Source: Piromyces finnis finn | Lineage: Eukaryota > Fungi > Neocallimastigomycota | Assembly: GCA_002104945.1 (NCBI GenBank) | Contig: MCFH01000052.1 | Coordinates: 124,001 to 188,000, forward strand | Direction of reading: 5' to 3' | Length of the DNA: 64,000 bases | Shown: positions 1 through 18,646 of the stretch, in pieces | Numbering within the stretch: the stretch's first letter is position 1 | Layout: each line of letters begins with the position of its first letter | The notes under the pieces: model-generated | The model's input: only the letters and a program-made list of their open reading frames with translations | Database searches by the model: none | What the model was told of the DNA's origin: nothing | Position numbers and translations under genes: made by a program

Positions 1-1510
1 ACATACTCATACATACTCACACATACTTTTATAACCTCACCATGTTATGTTCACTTTTCTCTTTGACATATTTTAATAATTATATTGTTAATATATTACA
101 ATATATTCTTATATTATTTTATTATATTTCATTTGTACCAATAATTTTATTTAATAATAAATTAATTATTGAAACTTTAATTAATATTTAAATTGAATTA
201 TTAAAAAAAAAGTGCATGTGTTAAGAAAAGAAAAAAAAAAGCATCAACAATCTTTACTTGTAAATATGGATACGAGGATACTTGTAAATACTTTTATTTA
301 CAAGTATTCTATCATTAATTATTAGATTCATACTCCTATACCTGAAATCATATTTGTAAAGTATCTATAAATCTACTTTTCATCATACTTTTTTTTATAT
401 TGTTTTATGTAGGTAAAAAAAAAAAGTCTTGTACATTAAACTTTTCATTCATTACAATTTATTTATCTTTTTTGTTCAGATATTCGCCTTTATCCTTAAT
501 AATCAATACTAAGTAATATGTCTAAAGTATTAATTCCTATTATACTTCTAGGTATAGGAATTAATATAAAGTATATATTATAACTTTATAACTACACATC
601 ATTTTTTTATCTGTAGTATATCGCCATAACTAGTCAGTGTTTGGTAAAACACTTTATAATAAAATGTTTATTTAAAGTATAGGCTTTTCATTTTTTGATT
701 TGAATTTATTTATTATATTATGCATTCATTCATTTACTTTTTATAGTTATTTATTTACATATTCACTTAATTTTATAAAAATGTAAAATACCAAAAAAGC
801 AAAATTTTAAAATTAATGTTACACAAGTATTTCATCTTCTATGACACAAAATAGTTAATGTATGTTTAAATATAAAATAAATAAATTTTTATAATATTAA
901 TCAATGGATATTTTCTATAACAAATAAATATTTATATATAGTTAATTGGGATTAATATATTATTTAATATATTATTAATTAAAAGTTAAATTTTAATTTA
1001 TATTAAATTTTGAATTTTTTTTTTTTTTTTTTTTTCCTTTTATAAACTAAACAAAAAAAGAAAGAAAGAAAAAAAAGGAATGTTGTCAATGGAACATTTC
1101 TTTTTATAATTAAATAATAATAGTAATAAAAAAAAAAAAGAAAGAAAGAAAGAATAATATTAATAATACTAATAACAATATTATTATCATATTTTTATTA
1201 AAAATACCTGATAATTAAGAATAAATAAATTTATTTTTTCTTTCCTATTAAATAGTTGATAACAATTTAAAAAGAAAAAAAGTTTCATTTCCTTTTTTTT
1301 TATATATATATTTTAACCTAATTCTGATTAAAATATACGTTTATCTATATAAAAAAAGAACATTTATGAAATAAAACTTTTGTTATCAATGAAATATAAA
1401 AATATTAACAATTGAATAAAATTAAAAATTAAAAATATCAAAAATAATAATACTTGTAATTAATTAAACCATTTAAAAAAAAAAAAGTATAATTAACAAA
1501 TATCAAAGAA

Positions 1511-1541
<31 letters not shown>

Positions 1542-2011
1542 GCAAAGAAAATAAAAACAAAATTTAAAATAAAAACGAGTAATTAAAAAAAAAAATACTC
1601 AAAAAAAGCTTTTTTTAAAAAAAAAATAATAATACATAACTTAGCGTAACACGCATATATTTAATATATTAAAGTTTTAGTTTCTGCAGCTGCAGTTTTT
1701 TTTAAAGTTAACAATAAAAAAATTACTATTGTTATTATTATCTGCATAGATAATATACATAAAAAGTAAATACATATTTTGTAGAATATATTATTACCAA
1801 TTCTTTTTATTTTATTATATCCATTTAAAAAGAAAAAGAAAATATAAATCAACTCATTTTATATATCAACAATTTAAAAAAAAAAAAAACTTTTTATTTA
1901 TATAAATTTCTTATTTTTTTAAACCATTGAAAAAAAAAAAAAGTATTTTTCTTTTTTTCATTTTATATATTATAGTTTAATTTAAAATAATATAAAGTTA
2001 ATAGTTTAAAA

Positions 2012-6456
<4,445 letters not shown>

Positions 6457-6528
6457 ATTAGGTTAATAGAGTCAAAACTAGGCGAGCCAAAATGAAAAAC
6501 ATCATAAAATTTGTCATTGATATTTATG

Positions 6529-6571
<43 letters not shown>

Positions 6572-7380
6572 AATTACATTGATAAATAAATAAACTATTT
6601 TTTTAATATCCACATTCACATTCACTCTTTTTATATTTTATAAAATAAATTATTTCAATATTTAAAAAAAAAAAAAAATATTAAAAGTGGACTTTTTTTT
6701 GATAAAAAATAGATATACTGAATATATAAAGAAATAAACTCTTTTTGTGTGTGTGTCCTTTTTTTAAAAAAAAAAAAAATCAACATTTTTATTTCATTTT
6801 ATATATAGAAATATAAATATATAATTTATTTACAAATATATATAGTTTTTTTTTTTTTTTTCTATTTTCTATTTTCTATATTATTTTTCTATTTCTTTTC
6901 TGTCAAATCTTTTGATATTTTACCTAAAATATTAATATCTTTTTTTTTTTTTTTTTTGTAGTAACAAAATGTAATACACATATATATATTCATTGGAAGG
7001 AGGGGTAAAAAATATATATATATATATATTGTGGGATGATAATAAGATGGAAAAAAAAAAAAAAAAAGTCGTCTATATGATATTAATGATATTAAAAAAA
7101 AAAAAAAAAAGTTGAATTAAAGTATCGAATTAAATTAATAATATTGTATTTTTTGTTGTTGTTTTTGTTGTTCTTGTCGTTGTTGTTATTACTATTATCA
7201 TTAGGTATTGTTTGTTTTTTTCTTTCTTTCTTTCCACTTTCCACTTTCTTTAAATTTGAACTTTATTTTTATTTTTAAAAAAAAAAAAAGGCAATTATTA
7301 TTATTCAAAAATATAAAACATATTAAATTGATACCAATATTGTTTCTTTTTTTTTTTTTTTTTTTTTGGATTCTACGTTT

Positions 7381-8263
7381 CTATGTTTCTATGTCAAACC
7401 AAAGAAAATAGAGAATTGGAAATATTTATAGTTGAAAAAAATAAAGGATAGTATAGTTGATAAAGAATAAAATTACACTATTATTGTAATATTATTTATA
7501 TATTTTGATATAAATAGATATATTATATAATAATAATAATAAATTAGTATTAAAACACCTATAATAAAAATTCTTTATTACTACAATTAAATTTATTCAT
7601 TAAAAATTACTTGATCCTGGATTCAATTCTTCACAAGCATCTATTTATATATTTAAAAAAAAAAAAAAAAAAAGGAAAAAAATTAATATTAAATTGCGAC
7701 TTTAAAATTATTAATGTATTCCTATATATTCATAACAATGGTTTTCTAATATATTTATATTAGAAATTTACCTATCCAGTCCGAATATACATCAATTGGA
7801 TGACTTAATGCTAATGGTTATTTTTAAAATAAATATATATATATATTTATTTAAAAGAATAGTTAATCATAGTAATCAATAATCAATAATCCATAATTAT
7901 ATTATTTTGTATATATATATATATTTAATCTTTTTTTTTTTTTTTTTTTTTTTTTTTTGCAATTAAAAAACTATTTGATATAAAATTATTATAATTTCAA
8001 TAAAAAAAAAAAAGTGAATTTAAATAAATATATTTACAATTAATTGGACTTTGATAATTGGCACCACATACACGACATCTTAATTCACCGACTTTAGTTT
8101 CTTGAATCCTTTATATATATATATTGTTATTGTTGATTTATTTGTTTATAATTAAAAAAAAAAAAAAAAAAATTGATGTGATTGTTATTTTTATAAAATT
8201 ATAATTTATAAATTATAACAATAAATGAAAATTCGGATATTATTATTTATAATAAATGATATT

Positions 8264-8295
<32 letters not shown>

Positions 8296-8644
8296 GAGTG
8301 GAAATTGGTTGATTGATTGATTTATAATGAGAGTATATAAATGTATTTTTTTTTTATAAAATATAATAATTTCAACAAGTTATTATTATAGTGTTACATA
8401 ATGTTATATATAAAAGTAAAAAAAAAAAAAAAAAAAAGGTTAGTAACTTTATAATAATTGAGGGGTTTTTTTTAAAAAAAAAAAAAAAATAATAATAACT
8501 GTTAATAAAAAAAAAAAAAAAAAAGGATGGTTACATTTTAACTGAAATTGATTTTTCATGGTTACAAAAAAGACAATTGAATTGAGTATCTAAAACTGGC
8601 TTCTTTCTAACGACAGCCTTTCTCTTAGCCTTTCTCTTACCCAT
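7381..8644 (-). CDS. ELF1: Transcription elongation factor Elf1 (zinc ribbon); 5 exons, absent from the ORF track
   Basis: Spliced translation is [85 protein letters not shown]. It has two CxxC pairs and the typical Elf1 C-terminus. Confidence 0.93.
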
Positions 8645-9853
8645 TTTCTTTCTTTTTTTTTTTTTTTTTTATTTTCTTTCTTTTTATTATAACTTTTTTT
8701 TTTTTTTCTTTTCTTTTGTTTGATGATTACAAAAAAAAAATAAAAAAAAAAAATTGTTTCAAAGAATTAATTTTTTTTTATTTATTTTTTTTAAAATTAA
8801 TTAATAAATCAGTTTAAAATTTGCCACATTTATATGGATATAATGTAAACAATTTCATAATTTTAATATTATTTTGTACAATTATTTTAATTTATTTTGA
8901 TTTAACGCCACGTTACTCAGTCCAAACTAAAAAAAGACATTAAAAAGAAAGAATGAAAAAAAGACATTAAAAAGAAGGAAGGAAGAAAGGAAGGAAGGAA
9001 GGAATGAAAAATAAAACAAAAAAAAAAAAAAAAGATTATATTATAGTTATGAAAACTTTTTTTATTTTTTTATTTTCAATTAAAAAGAGTTAATGAAATA
9101 AACATTGCCAATTATTAGGTATAATCCTAGTAATGATTAATGTTAATGCCAATAAACAATAACATTCTACTGAATACACTTTAAATCCTCTTTTTTTTAA
9201 AAAAAAAAAAAAAAAAAATGAATATATTTTGTTATAGAATTTTTATTTTTTATTATACACTTTAAATAATTAAGTTAATACTAAAAAAAAAAAAGTGGTG
9301 TATATATACATGTATGATGTATGTGATGGTGTATGTGTATGAAAAGAAAAGGAAAATAGCATATTTCAATTAAATAATAAACTTTCTATAAAAAAAAAAA
9401 AGAAAGAAAGAAAAAGAATGATATAGTTTAATTTTATTATATATTTATTTATTGAACTTGTTAAACCTTTCTTTTTGAAATATTCTTTTGTATTATAATA
9501 TATATTAATGCTGAATATAAAAAAAAAAATAAAGTATATATATTGTATTGTGTTATGTTATATCATCATTATGAATTATAATGATATTGGTATTAGTATT
9601 GGTATATATATATTTACCTTTTATTAATGATTTAAATAAAAAAAAAATAGTATCAAGTAATGGTATCATTTTAAATGAATAAAATAGTATAGAAAATAAA
9701 GTAATTCAATGTATCAAAATAAGTCAATAATGTTTATGTAGTTTTTTGTTGTTGTTGTTGTTGTTTTGCTATATCATGGTGTAAAAACACTAATTTGATT
9801 CTATCGTAATTGGATAAGCAATAAAAAAAATTTTTTTAAAAAAAAAAGGTACT

Positions 9854-10496
9854 TTAAATTGCACTAGTAGAAGCCAACTCTAATATTGATTGTTCCTCTT
9901 GTTCTTGTTGTTGTTGTTGTTGTTGTTCTAATTCTCTTTGTCTTCTTAACTCTTCTTTTTTTTGACGTAATTTTTGTAATGCTCGTTCACGATTAATTCT
10001 CATGAAATTACGTTCTTCTTCCGTCAATGGATGATCTAGTCTAGATAATGAAACAGATGGTGGTGTTGATGATAAACCAGAATTTGTTTGAGTATTTGGA
10101 ATGGTGGTAGTGGTAGTGGTGGTATTTGATCCGGAAGGGAAAGGTTTAAATATATCTATATCCATATTGAAATTACCACCAACTTCAGCTAATGGATCCT
10201 CATCCGCTCTAATAATACCAGATGTATTATATTCATCTGTCTCATACTTTTTTCTGTATTTATTTGCTTCTTTCCATGTTGAATATGCAATCTGTTGGAT
10301 AGACACAAAATTATTTTATGAATTAAAGTAAAAAAAAAAAAAAATACATATGATTTAAAAATTAAAAAAAATAGTTTTAATATATGAAATTTTATATATA
10401 TAAAAGTTTGACCATTAGCATTTATAATAAAAAATAATTTGAATAATGATTTATTAAATAACAACCATTAATATAAAAAAATAAATCGTATGAAAA

Positions 10497-10537
<41 letters not shown>

Positions 10538-10778
10538 CTCTTAAACTTTTTTCGGTACAAAGTTTTTCTACTCTTTCAACAATAGATTTAAACTTTAAAC
10601 GAGGATACAAGTTATGACCCCAAATTTGATAAACATTAATTAAACGATTTAAATTTTCTTTCTATAAACATTATTATAAAAAAAAAAGTGTATATTGTAG
10701 TTGTTATTAATTACTATTATTATTATTATTATTATTCTAATTATTATTACTCTAATTATTATTCTAATTATTATTCTA

Positions 10779-10810
<32 letters not shown>

Positions 10811-10838
10811 CATTATTATTATTATTATTATTATTATC

Positions 10839-10906
<68 letters not shown>

Positions 10907-11547
10907 CAGTATTATTATTATCATTCTAATTATTATTATTATTCTAATTATTATTATTATTCTAATTATTATTATTATTATTATCTTCATTCTATTTTAA
11001 TAAAATAATTTTTAAAATTTTAAAAAAAGTATTGAAAAATCATTAAAATTAATATTTTTAAATTCTTTTTTTTTTTTTACCTCATGTCCTTTTCCTTTTT
11101 TAAAATTAGTTTTAGATAAAAGAGTTTGTAATTTTCTTATACCATTATCATTACCATTTCTATCTAATAAACTAAAAAATAGTTGTGAGGAAATACATAT
11201 ACATAGATATAGATTATATAGAAAAATTTATATAAATAAATAAATTAATTTTCAATCAAATTTATAATGATAAAAAGGTTTTTGGTATGCAAGGCATTAT
11301 TTTTCAATTTAATTTTTTTTTTTTTTTTTTTTAAAAAAAATAATTACACATTAGCATCCAATTTTGGTAATGGTTTACGATTTATTCTTTTTCTTTGAGG
11401 TTCGGCTGAAGCTTCTTCACCAGCTTCAGGTCTAATTTCAGAATGAGAAGTAACTTCTTGTTCTCTTTCCGATTCAGTTTCTTCTGAAATATCCTCAAAA
11501 CCTAGGATATTTTCCATGGTATCTTCTTCACCCATATAATAGTCCAT
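9854..11547 (-). CDS. CSM3: Replication fork protection factor Csm3/Swi3/TIPIN; 4 exons
   Basis: Exons give RKPLPKLDAN-LLDRNGNDNGIRKL..KKGKGHE-KENLNRLINVYQIWGHNLYPRLKFKSIVERVEKLCTEKSLR-IAYSTWKE, which is the Swi3 domain. The C-terminus has LTEEERNFMRINRERALQKL. Confidence 0.9.
10705..10985. repeat. Degenerate (ATT)n microsatellite in a CSM3 intron
   Basis: ATT tandem run with interspersed CTA/CAG variants. It produces the poly-Ile and poly-Tyr ORFs in the track. Confidence 0.93.
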
Positions 11548-13037
11548 TTTCTTAAAATAAAATAATTTATAAAATAATAATGTTTGTATACAGATATATA
11601 TAGTTTTTTTTTTTTCTTTACTAAATTTAAATAATCATAACAATAATAAATGATACTAATTTATTTATTATAATAGCTATTTCTTTATTTATTTATAATA
11701 ATGACAATTTTAAATTTTAAATTTTAAAAAAAAAAATTAAAAAAAAAAATAAAAATAAAAAAATTTTTTTTTTTCATTGTACACTATTTAAATATTAAAA
11801 AAAAAAAAAAAATTAATTGAAAAAAGGAAAAAACTTTTTTAAAAAAAAAAAAGTGGAATTGGTGGAATTGGTGGAATTGATAATTAATTAAAAAAAAACA
11901 AGGCACGGAATTCTTTCCACACACTTTTTTTAACATTAAAATGATTTTTTTTTTTTTTAAAACCTTAAAAAGACAAAATTTTCTTTTTTTTTTTTTTACT
12001 TTATTTGATTTTTTTTTATAATAAAATAAAAAAAGAATGGTGTGAATAATAATTGTTTTTAATGATAATAAGCAAATATACACTTTTTTTATAAAATATT
12101 CTTGTTGGAATGAAAGTTTCTTTATATATATATATAGGTTTAAACATATAAAAGTATTTACATCAATTTTTTTTTATAGAAGTAAAAAAAAAGGCCATTT
12201 AAAATTTCTTTTTTTAAAAAAAAAAAGTTATTAGTACTGTTAATTTTAAAAAAAAAAAAAATTTAAGTTCTTCATCTTTCAATACTACAATTAAAAATTA
12301 AAAATCCCATTTTATCCTAATTAATAAAAAAAAAAGGGTTTTTTTCTTTTTTTTTTCTTTTTTTTTTTTTGACTTCTTTTGGCCTAGGTAACTTTTTTCT
12401 TTTTGGCCATTTCTTGCTCTATTAATTCTTTGGATTTCTATTGGTTCATTTTCGTTTTTTAAATCTTGGAGATAATTAAAATTAATTGAATTGAAATATA
12501 ATGTAATATATAGTATACACATATTAAATTAAATCAACACCTGTTATAAATTATATCAATAAATGTATAATTATATATTTAAATAAATTAGTAATAATTT
12601 ATATTATAATTAAATAGATATATAATTATATTTTTAGATAAATTTTTAAAATAAAATAAAATTTAAATTTTTTTTTTTAAAAAAAAGGTTGATAGTTTTT
12701 TAAAAAAAAAAAAAACATTTTTTTTCTTTATTAAAAGAACATAACAAAAAAGGAAGGAAAAGAAGGAAGGAAAGGAAGGAAATAAAAAAATATTTAAATA
12801 AAAAAAACCCAAAAAAAAAACCAAAAAAAAATCATTTTCAATTTCACTAAAAATTTCAATTTTTTTTTTTTTTTAATGAAATAAAAATACAATACACACG
12901 CCATAAAGAGAGGAAAGAGAGACGCATAAAAATATTCTAAAAATAAAAGAAAAAATAAAATAAAATAAAAAAAAAGGAAGAAGAATAGTCATTATCAACT
13001 TTATCTGTTTAATAATAATATTTAAAAAAAAAAAAAA

Positions 13038-15085
13038 ATGTTCACATCCATCACACTTGGTAGAATCAACCATTCTGGAATGAAGATTTCCAATTTAAAA
13101 CAAACTGTCTTTTCTTCTAAATCTTTATTAAATAATTCATGTATTAAAAGTCAAATAGGGTCTTTTTCAATCCCTATTCCAAAACAAAAATTATATTTTT
13201 CTACTAAATCTATTGAAAATTTAAATAATAAAGATACCAGTAAGTAATGGTCTTGTTGAAATATCTTTTGTACAAAATTCATATAAATGTTTTTTTCTTT
13301 CTTAAAAAAAGTAGAATAATTTATTTAAAAAAAGTTTTCTACTAATGGTGTTACTTTATTTTTTTTAAAAAATTACACAAAGAAGAAAAAAGAAAAAAAA
13401 AAAAAGCAATAAAATAAGAATTCAAAACTAAATTTCAAATTTCATTTTCTCAAATTATTTTTTTTAATCTTTTATAAAAAAAAATAAAAATAGCTGCCTT
13501 TAAAAATTTCTTAGGTTTAAGGTAGTAAAACATAAAACATACAATAGTCGTGTTAATATATAAAAGTATTAAAAATCATTAACTTTTTTTTCTTTTTTCA
13601 AATATCTATAAATATTAATATGTATATAATGTATATGATGTATATGATGTATATTATTATCACCATACACAATTTATTATGATATTGATGGTTAGTTCCT
13701 TGGAACCGGGACAAATTTTAAAATTAAATAGAAATGAACTACAAGCTTTAATTACTTGTAAAGATAATAAAGTTATTCAAGCAATGTATCATCATGCTGA
13801 AAGTATTACACAACGTTTCTTTGGGAATAAAATATATTTGAGAGGTATTGTTGAATTTTCAAATGAATGTGAAAAAAATTGTAAATATTGCGGGGTAAGA
13901 CGTAGTGTTAAAAGTGTTAAAAGATATTGTATGGATAAAGAAGAAATATTAAAATGTAGTGATGTTGTCTATAACAATGGCTATGGTACATTTATGTTAC
14001 AATCTGGAGAAATAACTACACCGGAACGTTTAGAATGGTTAGAAGACGTTGTTAGGTCAATTAAAAAAAGAAGTCGTGAATTAGAATCAAAAACATTTAA
14101 TCGACCATTAAGCGAATGTAAAGGTTTACAAATTGCATTAAGTGTCGGTGAATTATCATCTGAAAATTATCAAAGACTTTATGATGCTGGAGCAAGAAGG
14201 TAAAATAAAATAAATGAAATGGGTGTAAGCAATAACTACATGTAATTATATGTAGGTTAATGCTTCAATGATCTATCTATTAATTTATATAGTTATATCT
14301 ATATCTACTTTTTTATATTTACTTATTAATTATTATTAATTATAATTATTAATAATTCTTTTTATCATCTATGATATATTATTATAATTATTAATTATTA
14401 TTATCATCTATGATGTATTATTATCCTGTTATTCTATTATCATAAAAGATATTTATTAAGAATTGAAAGTTCTAATCCAAAACTTTATGCTAAACTACAT
14501 CCAAAAGATCATCATTGGGAAGTAAGACATCAATGTCTTTTAGATCTTAAACGAATTGGTTATCAAACTGGTACTGGTATATTAATTGGTGTTCCCTACC
14601 AAACTTCCTGGGATATTGCTGATGATATTCTTTATTTAGATCGTCTTGGAGCACATATGATTGGTATGGGCCCTTATGTTTATCAATCCAATACACCTAT
14701 TGGTAACTATTGGAAATTAACGGTAGGAAAAACAATTAAAACAGAAGAAGATCAAAAGAACTATCATCAATACCTTAAAGATCTTACTATTCGTGTTTAC
14801 GCCCTAACACGTATTGTTATGGGTTATGCTAATATCGCAGCAACAACTGCTTTAATTGCTTTAGCTCCTAATGCCCGTCAAGAAGCTCTTGTTTCCGGTT
14901 GTAATTTAGTTATGCCAATTATTACCCCAGATGAATTTAGAAAAGAGTATTCCCTTTACAAAGGAAAATCAGAAGTAGTAGCTCATCGTGAAAACTTGAT
15001 TAAACTTATACATTCTATTGGTAAGGAACCTGTCTTTTTCGAATGGGGCGATGCAATTTCTCATCCTATGGAAAATAAAAAATAA
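13038..15085 (+). CDS. hydE: [FeFe]-hydrogenase H-cluster radical SAM maturase HydE with N-terminal organellar presequence; 4 exons
   Basis: Exons are 13038-13239, 13494-13521, 13696-14199 and 14449-15085. Motifs: GNKIYLRGIVEFSNECEKNCKYCG (CX3CX2C), LQSGE, LSVGE, GARRYLLRIES..LYAKLHP, GYQTGTG, MIGMGPY, NIAATTAL, NLVMP and RKEYSLYKGK. The N-terminus is rich in Ser/Lys/Arg and nearly free of acidic residues. Confidence 0.9.
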
Positions 15086-15526
15086 ATAAAAAATAAAAAA
15101 ATTTGAATCAGTATATTAACAATAAAAAATCTATATGAGAAAATAAAGTTTTCTCTTTCCCTAAAAAAAAAAAAAAAAAAAAACCATTCCATCATTCTCT
15201 TTAAAAACTTTTTTCTTTTTTAAAAAATATATATATATATATATACATAAAACAATGTTAATTTAAACCATAAATATTACCTTTTTATTATATAAATATA
15301 TATATATAAAATAAAAAAAAAACCTTTCTAAATTAAAATTCAAATTATAAATATCATAATAATAAATGATAATAAATATATGCCTATAAATAACAATTAT
15401 ATATATTTAATGAATTTTATTATTTATATTCTTTATAAATATTAGAAATAATCTTTTTTTTTTAATCTATTTATACAAAGCAAATACTTTTTTAGTATAT
15501 ATAAATATAACTTCAAATACTAAATT

Positions 15527-15563
<37 letters not shown>

Positions 15564-15645
15564 CAATGAAACAGCAGTAATATTACTAATTCTATTTTTA
15601 TAAAATATTTTATAAATTGATTTTTAACTATATAATAATATTGGA

Positions 15646-15673
<28 letters not shown>

Positions 15674-15681
<8 letters not shown>

Positions 15682-17714
15682 TAATAACAATAAAGCTGTC
15701 GGGTTTATTACTATCAAACTGTGGTACAAAGGTAATATTGTTTGTAATAACGTCTTTAAATTTATTTTTATTAGAAATTATATTACTATCTCTTCGATAA
15801 AACGATAAGGTACTCATGGCATGTCCATCACTAATTAATTCAATATCATCAGCATTTAATTTTCTAAATCCATCCAAATTTTCAAAATGTGAATCAATAT
15901 TTCCATTCATTTCATCACCCCTATTATTATTAATAATAATAGCATTGCTATCATTAGTTTCGATTTTAAAGGTATCCGATAATATGCTCTCACTATGTTA
16001 ACCCTAATCTACGAATAACTAATGTTTTAGCTTTTTTATACAACTCTTTAAATTGTGATTTCCTTTTCTTTAGTTTCGTTATTCTTTATTGTCTTTCCGA
16101 TTTTTTTTTCTTATCTCTCTTAAACTTGGAATAAAGTCAACTATATCTTTTAATTTTTTTTTTGGATTTTTACTAATAATAATTTTCATAAATTCAAAAT
16201 CTGCATCCTTAACCATACCTCCATCATAATCTCCAACAAATAAAATTAATAATGACAATGGAATATCCAAATGATTGTAGGGACAATAATAGGATAGGTT
16301 TTAGTAATAATTATTAATAAACCATTTAATTCTATTCATCTTTATTAAAAATTTTATATCAATAAAAATAAAATATGATAGTCATTTTATATTTATTAAT
16401 TTATTATTTTAAAAAAAAAAAAATTATAAATATATTTTTATTTTTTATTATTTATTTACTGAGAATTCCAAGGTATACAAAAATTTATAAAAGTATACAT
16501 AAAAAATGCGTTTACATTATAACATTAACAAAAAGAAAATATGAAATATTATTTTGCTCCATGTCTAATCAAATATTTAATACAATTTTTATTATGAGCT
16601 GAACGTTCAATTTTCAATAAAGTATTACCATCATCATTATCCACTTTATTTATGTCAGCCCCATGGTTAATAAAATAGCCCATTAAATAACTACTTGTAT
16701 AATACATTATTTCATGAAATGGGACTTTACCATTTTTATTCGCTTTATTTATATCTGCTCCATGTTCAATTAAATATAGTAATAATTCATGGTTTGGTAT
16801 ATATATTTATCTTTACTGCAACTTATTAATACTAATGGAGTATTACCATCATTATCAGGTATATTAACATCAGCACTACATTCAATCAACTTTCTTGACA
16901 TTCTATCATCTCCGTATTTACAAGTTACAAGTAATACTGTTTCACCATTACTACTTCGTATATTAATTTCTGCACCATTTTTCCAGTAATAATAGTATAC
17001 TTTATTGTATACTAACACAATTCTATTAATGGAGTATTTCTATCATTATTAATTTTATATATATCCAAGTCTTTTTCTATTAAAAAAGTAAATAATTTTA
17101 TATCATTAGTACCATGTCTTTTATAAAATTTGTGTAATAGTTTACTGCCGTAATTATCTGACATCATAACCTTTTATTTATCATTATGAGAAATATTACA
17201 TTGGCATAAATATATTAAAGCTGTTTCATCTTTATTGTTTCGGAAATTCATGTTTGCCCTCATAATCAAATAAGTTTTTTTTTTACTAATTCTTCATTGT
17301 TATTGAAACATGCAATATATTAAGGAGTTACGAAAAAGTAATCAAGCTTATCAATACATCTATCAGCTATACAAAAAATTAATAATAGAACTAGACTTTT
17401 TTTTTTTTTTTTAATTAATAATAGCTTTAGTTCTTTATACGAAAACTGTGTTTTATTTTTGTAATGAACAAGTAAAATTATTATAAAATTATTGTCAAAC
17501 ACCTAAATTGTTTATCAAATTCATAATCTCTGTCATACCTATAATTTTCAAATAATTCGCTCAATACATTTTTTAAATTATTTGCTTCTTCATACTTAAC
17601 TAATTTGCAAATTAAATCTTTTATATTTTCATAATTAAAATTTCCCTCGTATTGTTTAAGCAACTTTATTATTTTTGAATCTTTTTTATTCTTATAATAC
17701 TCGATATTGTTCAT
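15674..17714 (-). pseudogene. Degraded ankyrin-repeat protein gene
   Basis: Ankyrin units are recognisable (GAEINIRSSNGETVL, ADVNIPDNDGNTPL, LIEHGADINKANKNG, HGADINKVDNDGNT). They switch frame without intron-sized gaps and contain stops. Confidence 0.7.
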
Positions 17715-18317
17715 ATTCCAAAAAAAAAAAAATCAATATATATATTTAGTAAATAAAAAATCTTTAACATACCTATTATTTCTTATTAATATAAAATCAT
17801 TTTATTACAAGATGAATGATTCCATTTCTTTGAATTTTGTTAAACTAATTATATAATATTACTTTATATTGCTTTATATTTTTATTGATAAAAAAATTAA
17901 TGTATATTTCAATAACGAATGAATATAAATAAAATGTATTATCCATTAATAAAAAAAAATATGCCATTGCATTATTGTACTGTTATGATATTTTCATGGT
18001 ATTTTAAATTCAGTTTAAATAGTTTTGAGTTGTTATTTTTTTTTCAAATAATATTTATCAAATATAATGTTAAAAAACGTTTTTATATATAGATAGATAG
18101 ATTTGATGTTAAAGAAACTTAGAACCAGATCATCCATCCTTTAATTTTTTTTTTTTTATGACATCAAATATTTTTAAACTTTATTATTAATTTAATTAAA
18201 ATTATAATACATGTTATAAAAAATAAAATTAAAAATAAAAATAAAAATAAAAAAAAAAGGGTTTAAATAAGCACAAATGAATAAAAATAAAGGGTATAAT
18301 GTATTCGAGTAAGAAAG

Positions 18318-18646
18318 TCACTATTATACTAAAGTAGTTGACTTCCAATGGGACACCGAGTCAAAGATCAAAATTATGATCACCATTGGTTGCACTGACC
18401 CTCCTGGCCTGTCTTACTGTTTCTTCAGCATTGACGCTCTTGGTTGTTGCTTCAAACCTTTTGAACATTGACCATTGCTTAGTCAATAACAAAAGACATG
18501 ATTTTGGTTTGAAGTTCCGCTGTTACCGTCAAGAATGGTGTTCCTTCGTAAGTATCCGATTAAATCTGACACTTGCAAAGTTCTTTCCATTCCCTTGAAT
18601 TGTAATTGAGATTGCTATAACTTCTTCTCCCAAGAAGAAATTTAAA
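18318..18646 (+). other. Unassigned, interrupted Cys-rich coding remnant
   Basis: GC-enriched island with C/G-ending codons (TTC, GAC, ATC, AAG, TGC). It reads HYYTKVVDFQWDTESKIKIMITIGCTDPPGLSYCFFSIDALGCC / IDHCLVNNKRHDFGLKFRCYRQEWCSF / PIKSDTCKVLSIPLNC across two frameshifts. Confidence 0.35.

Noticed and set aside
1-2000. Short ORF 1661-1852 and other small AT-rich ORFs across intergenic regions (for example 7208, 11784, 16375, 19267, 25148)
   Set aside because: Low-complexity Ile/Phe/Lys/Asn translations of AT tracts with no splice support or motifs.
10649-11008. Three overlapping ORFs of poly-Ile or poly-Tyr
   Set aside because: They are translations of the (ATT)n microsatellite inside a CSM3 intron.
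12298-12522. Minus-strand ORF with a coding-looking core (12370-12470) upstream of CSM3
   Set aside because: No convincing splice donor or recognisable domain. It may be an upstream exon or UTR, but I cannot support a call.
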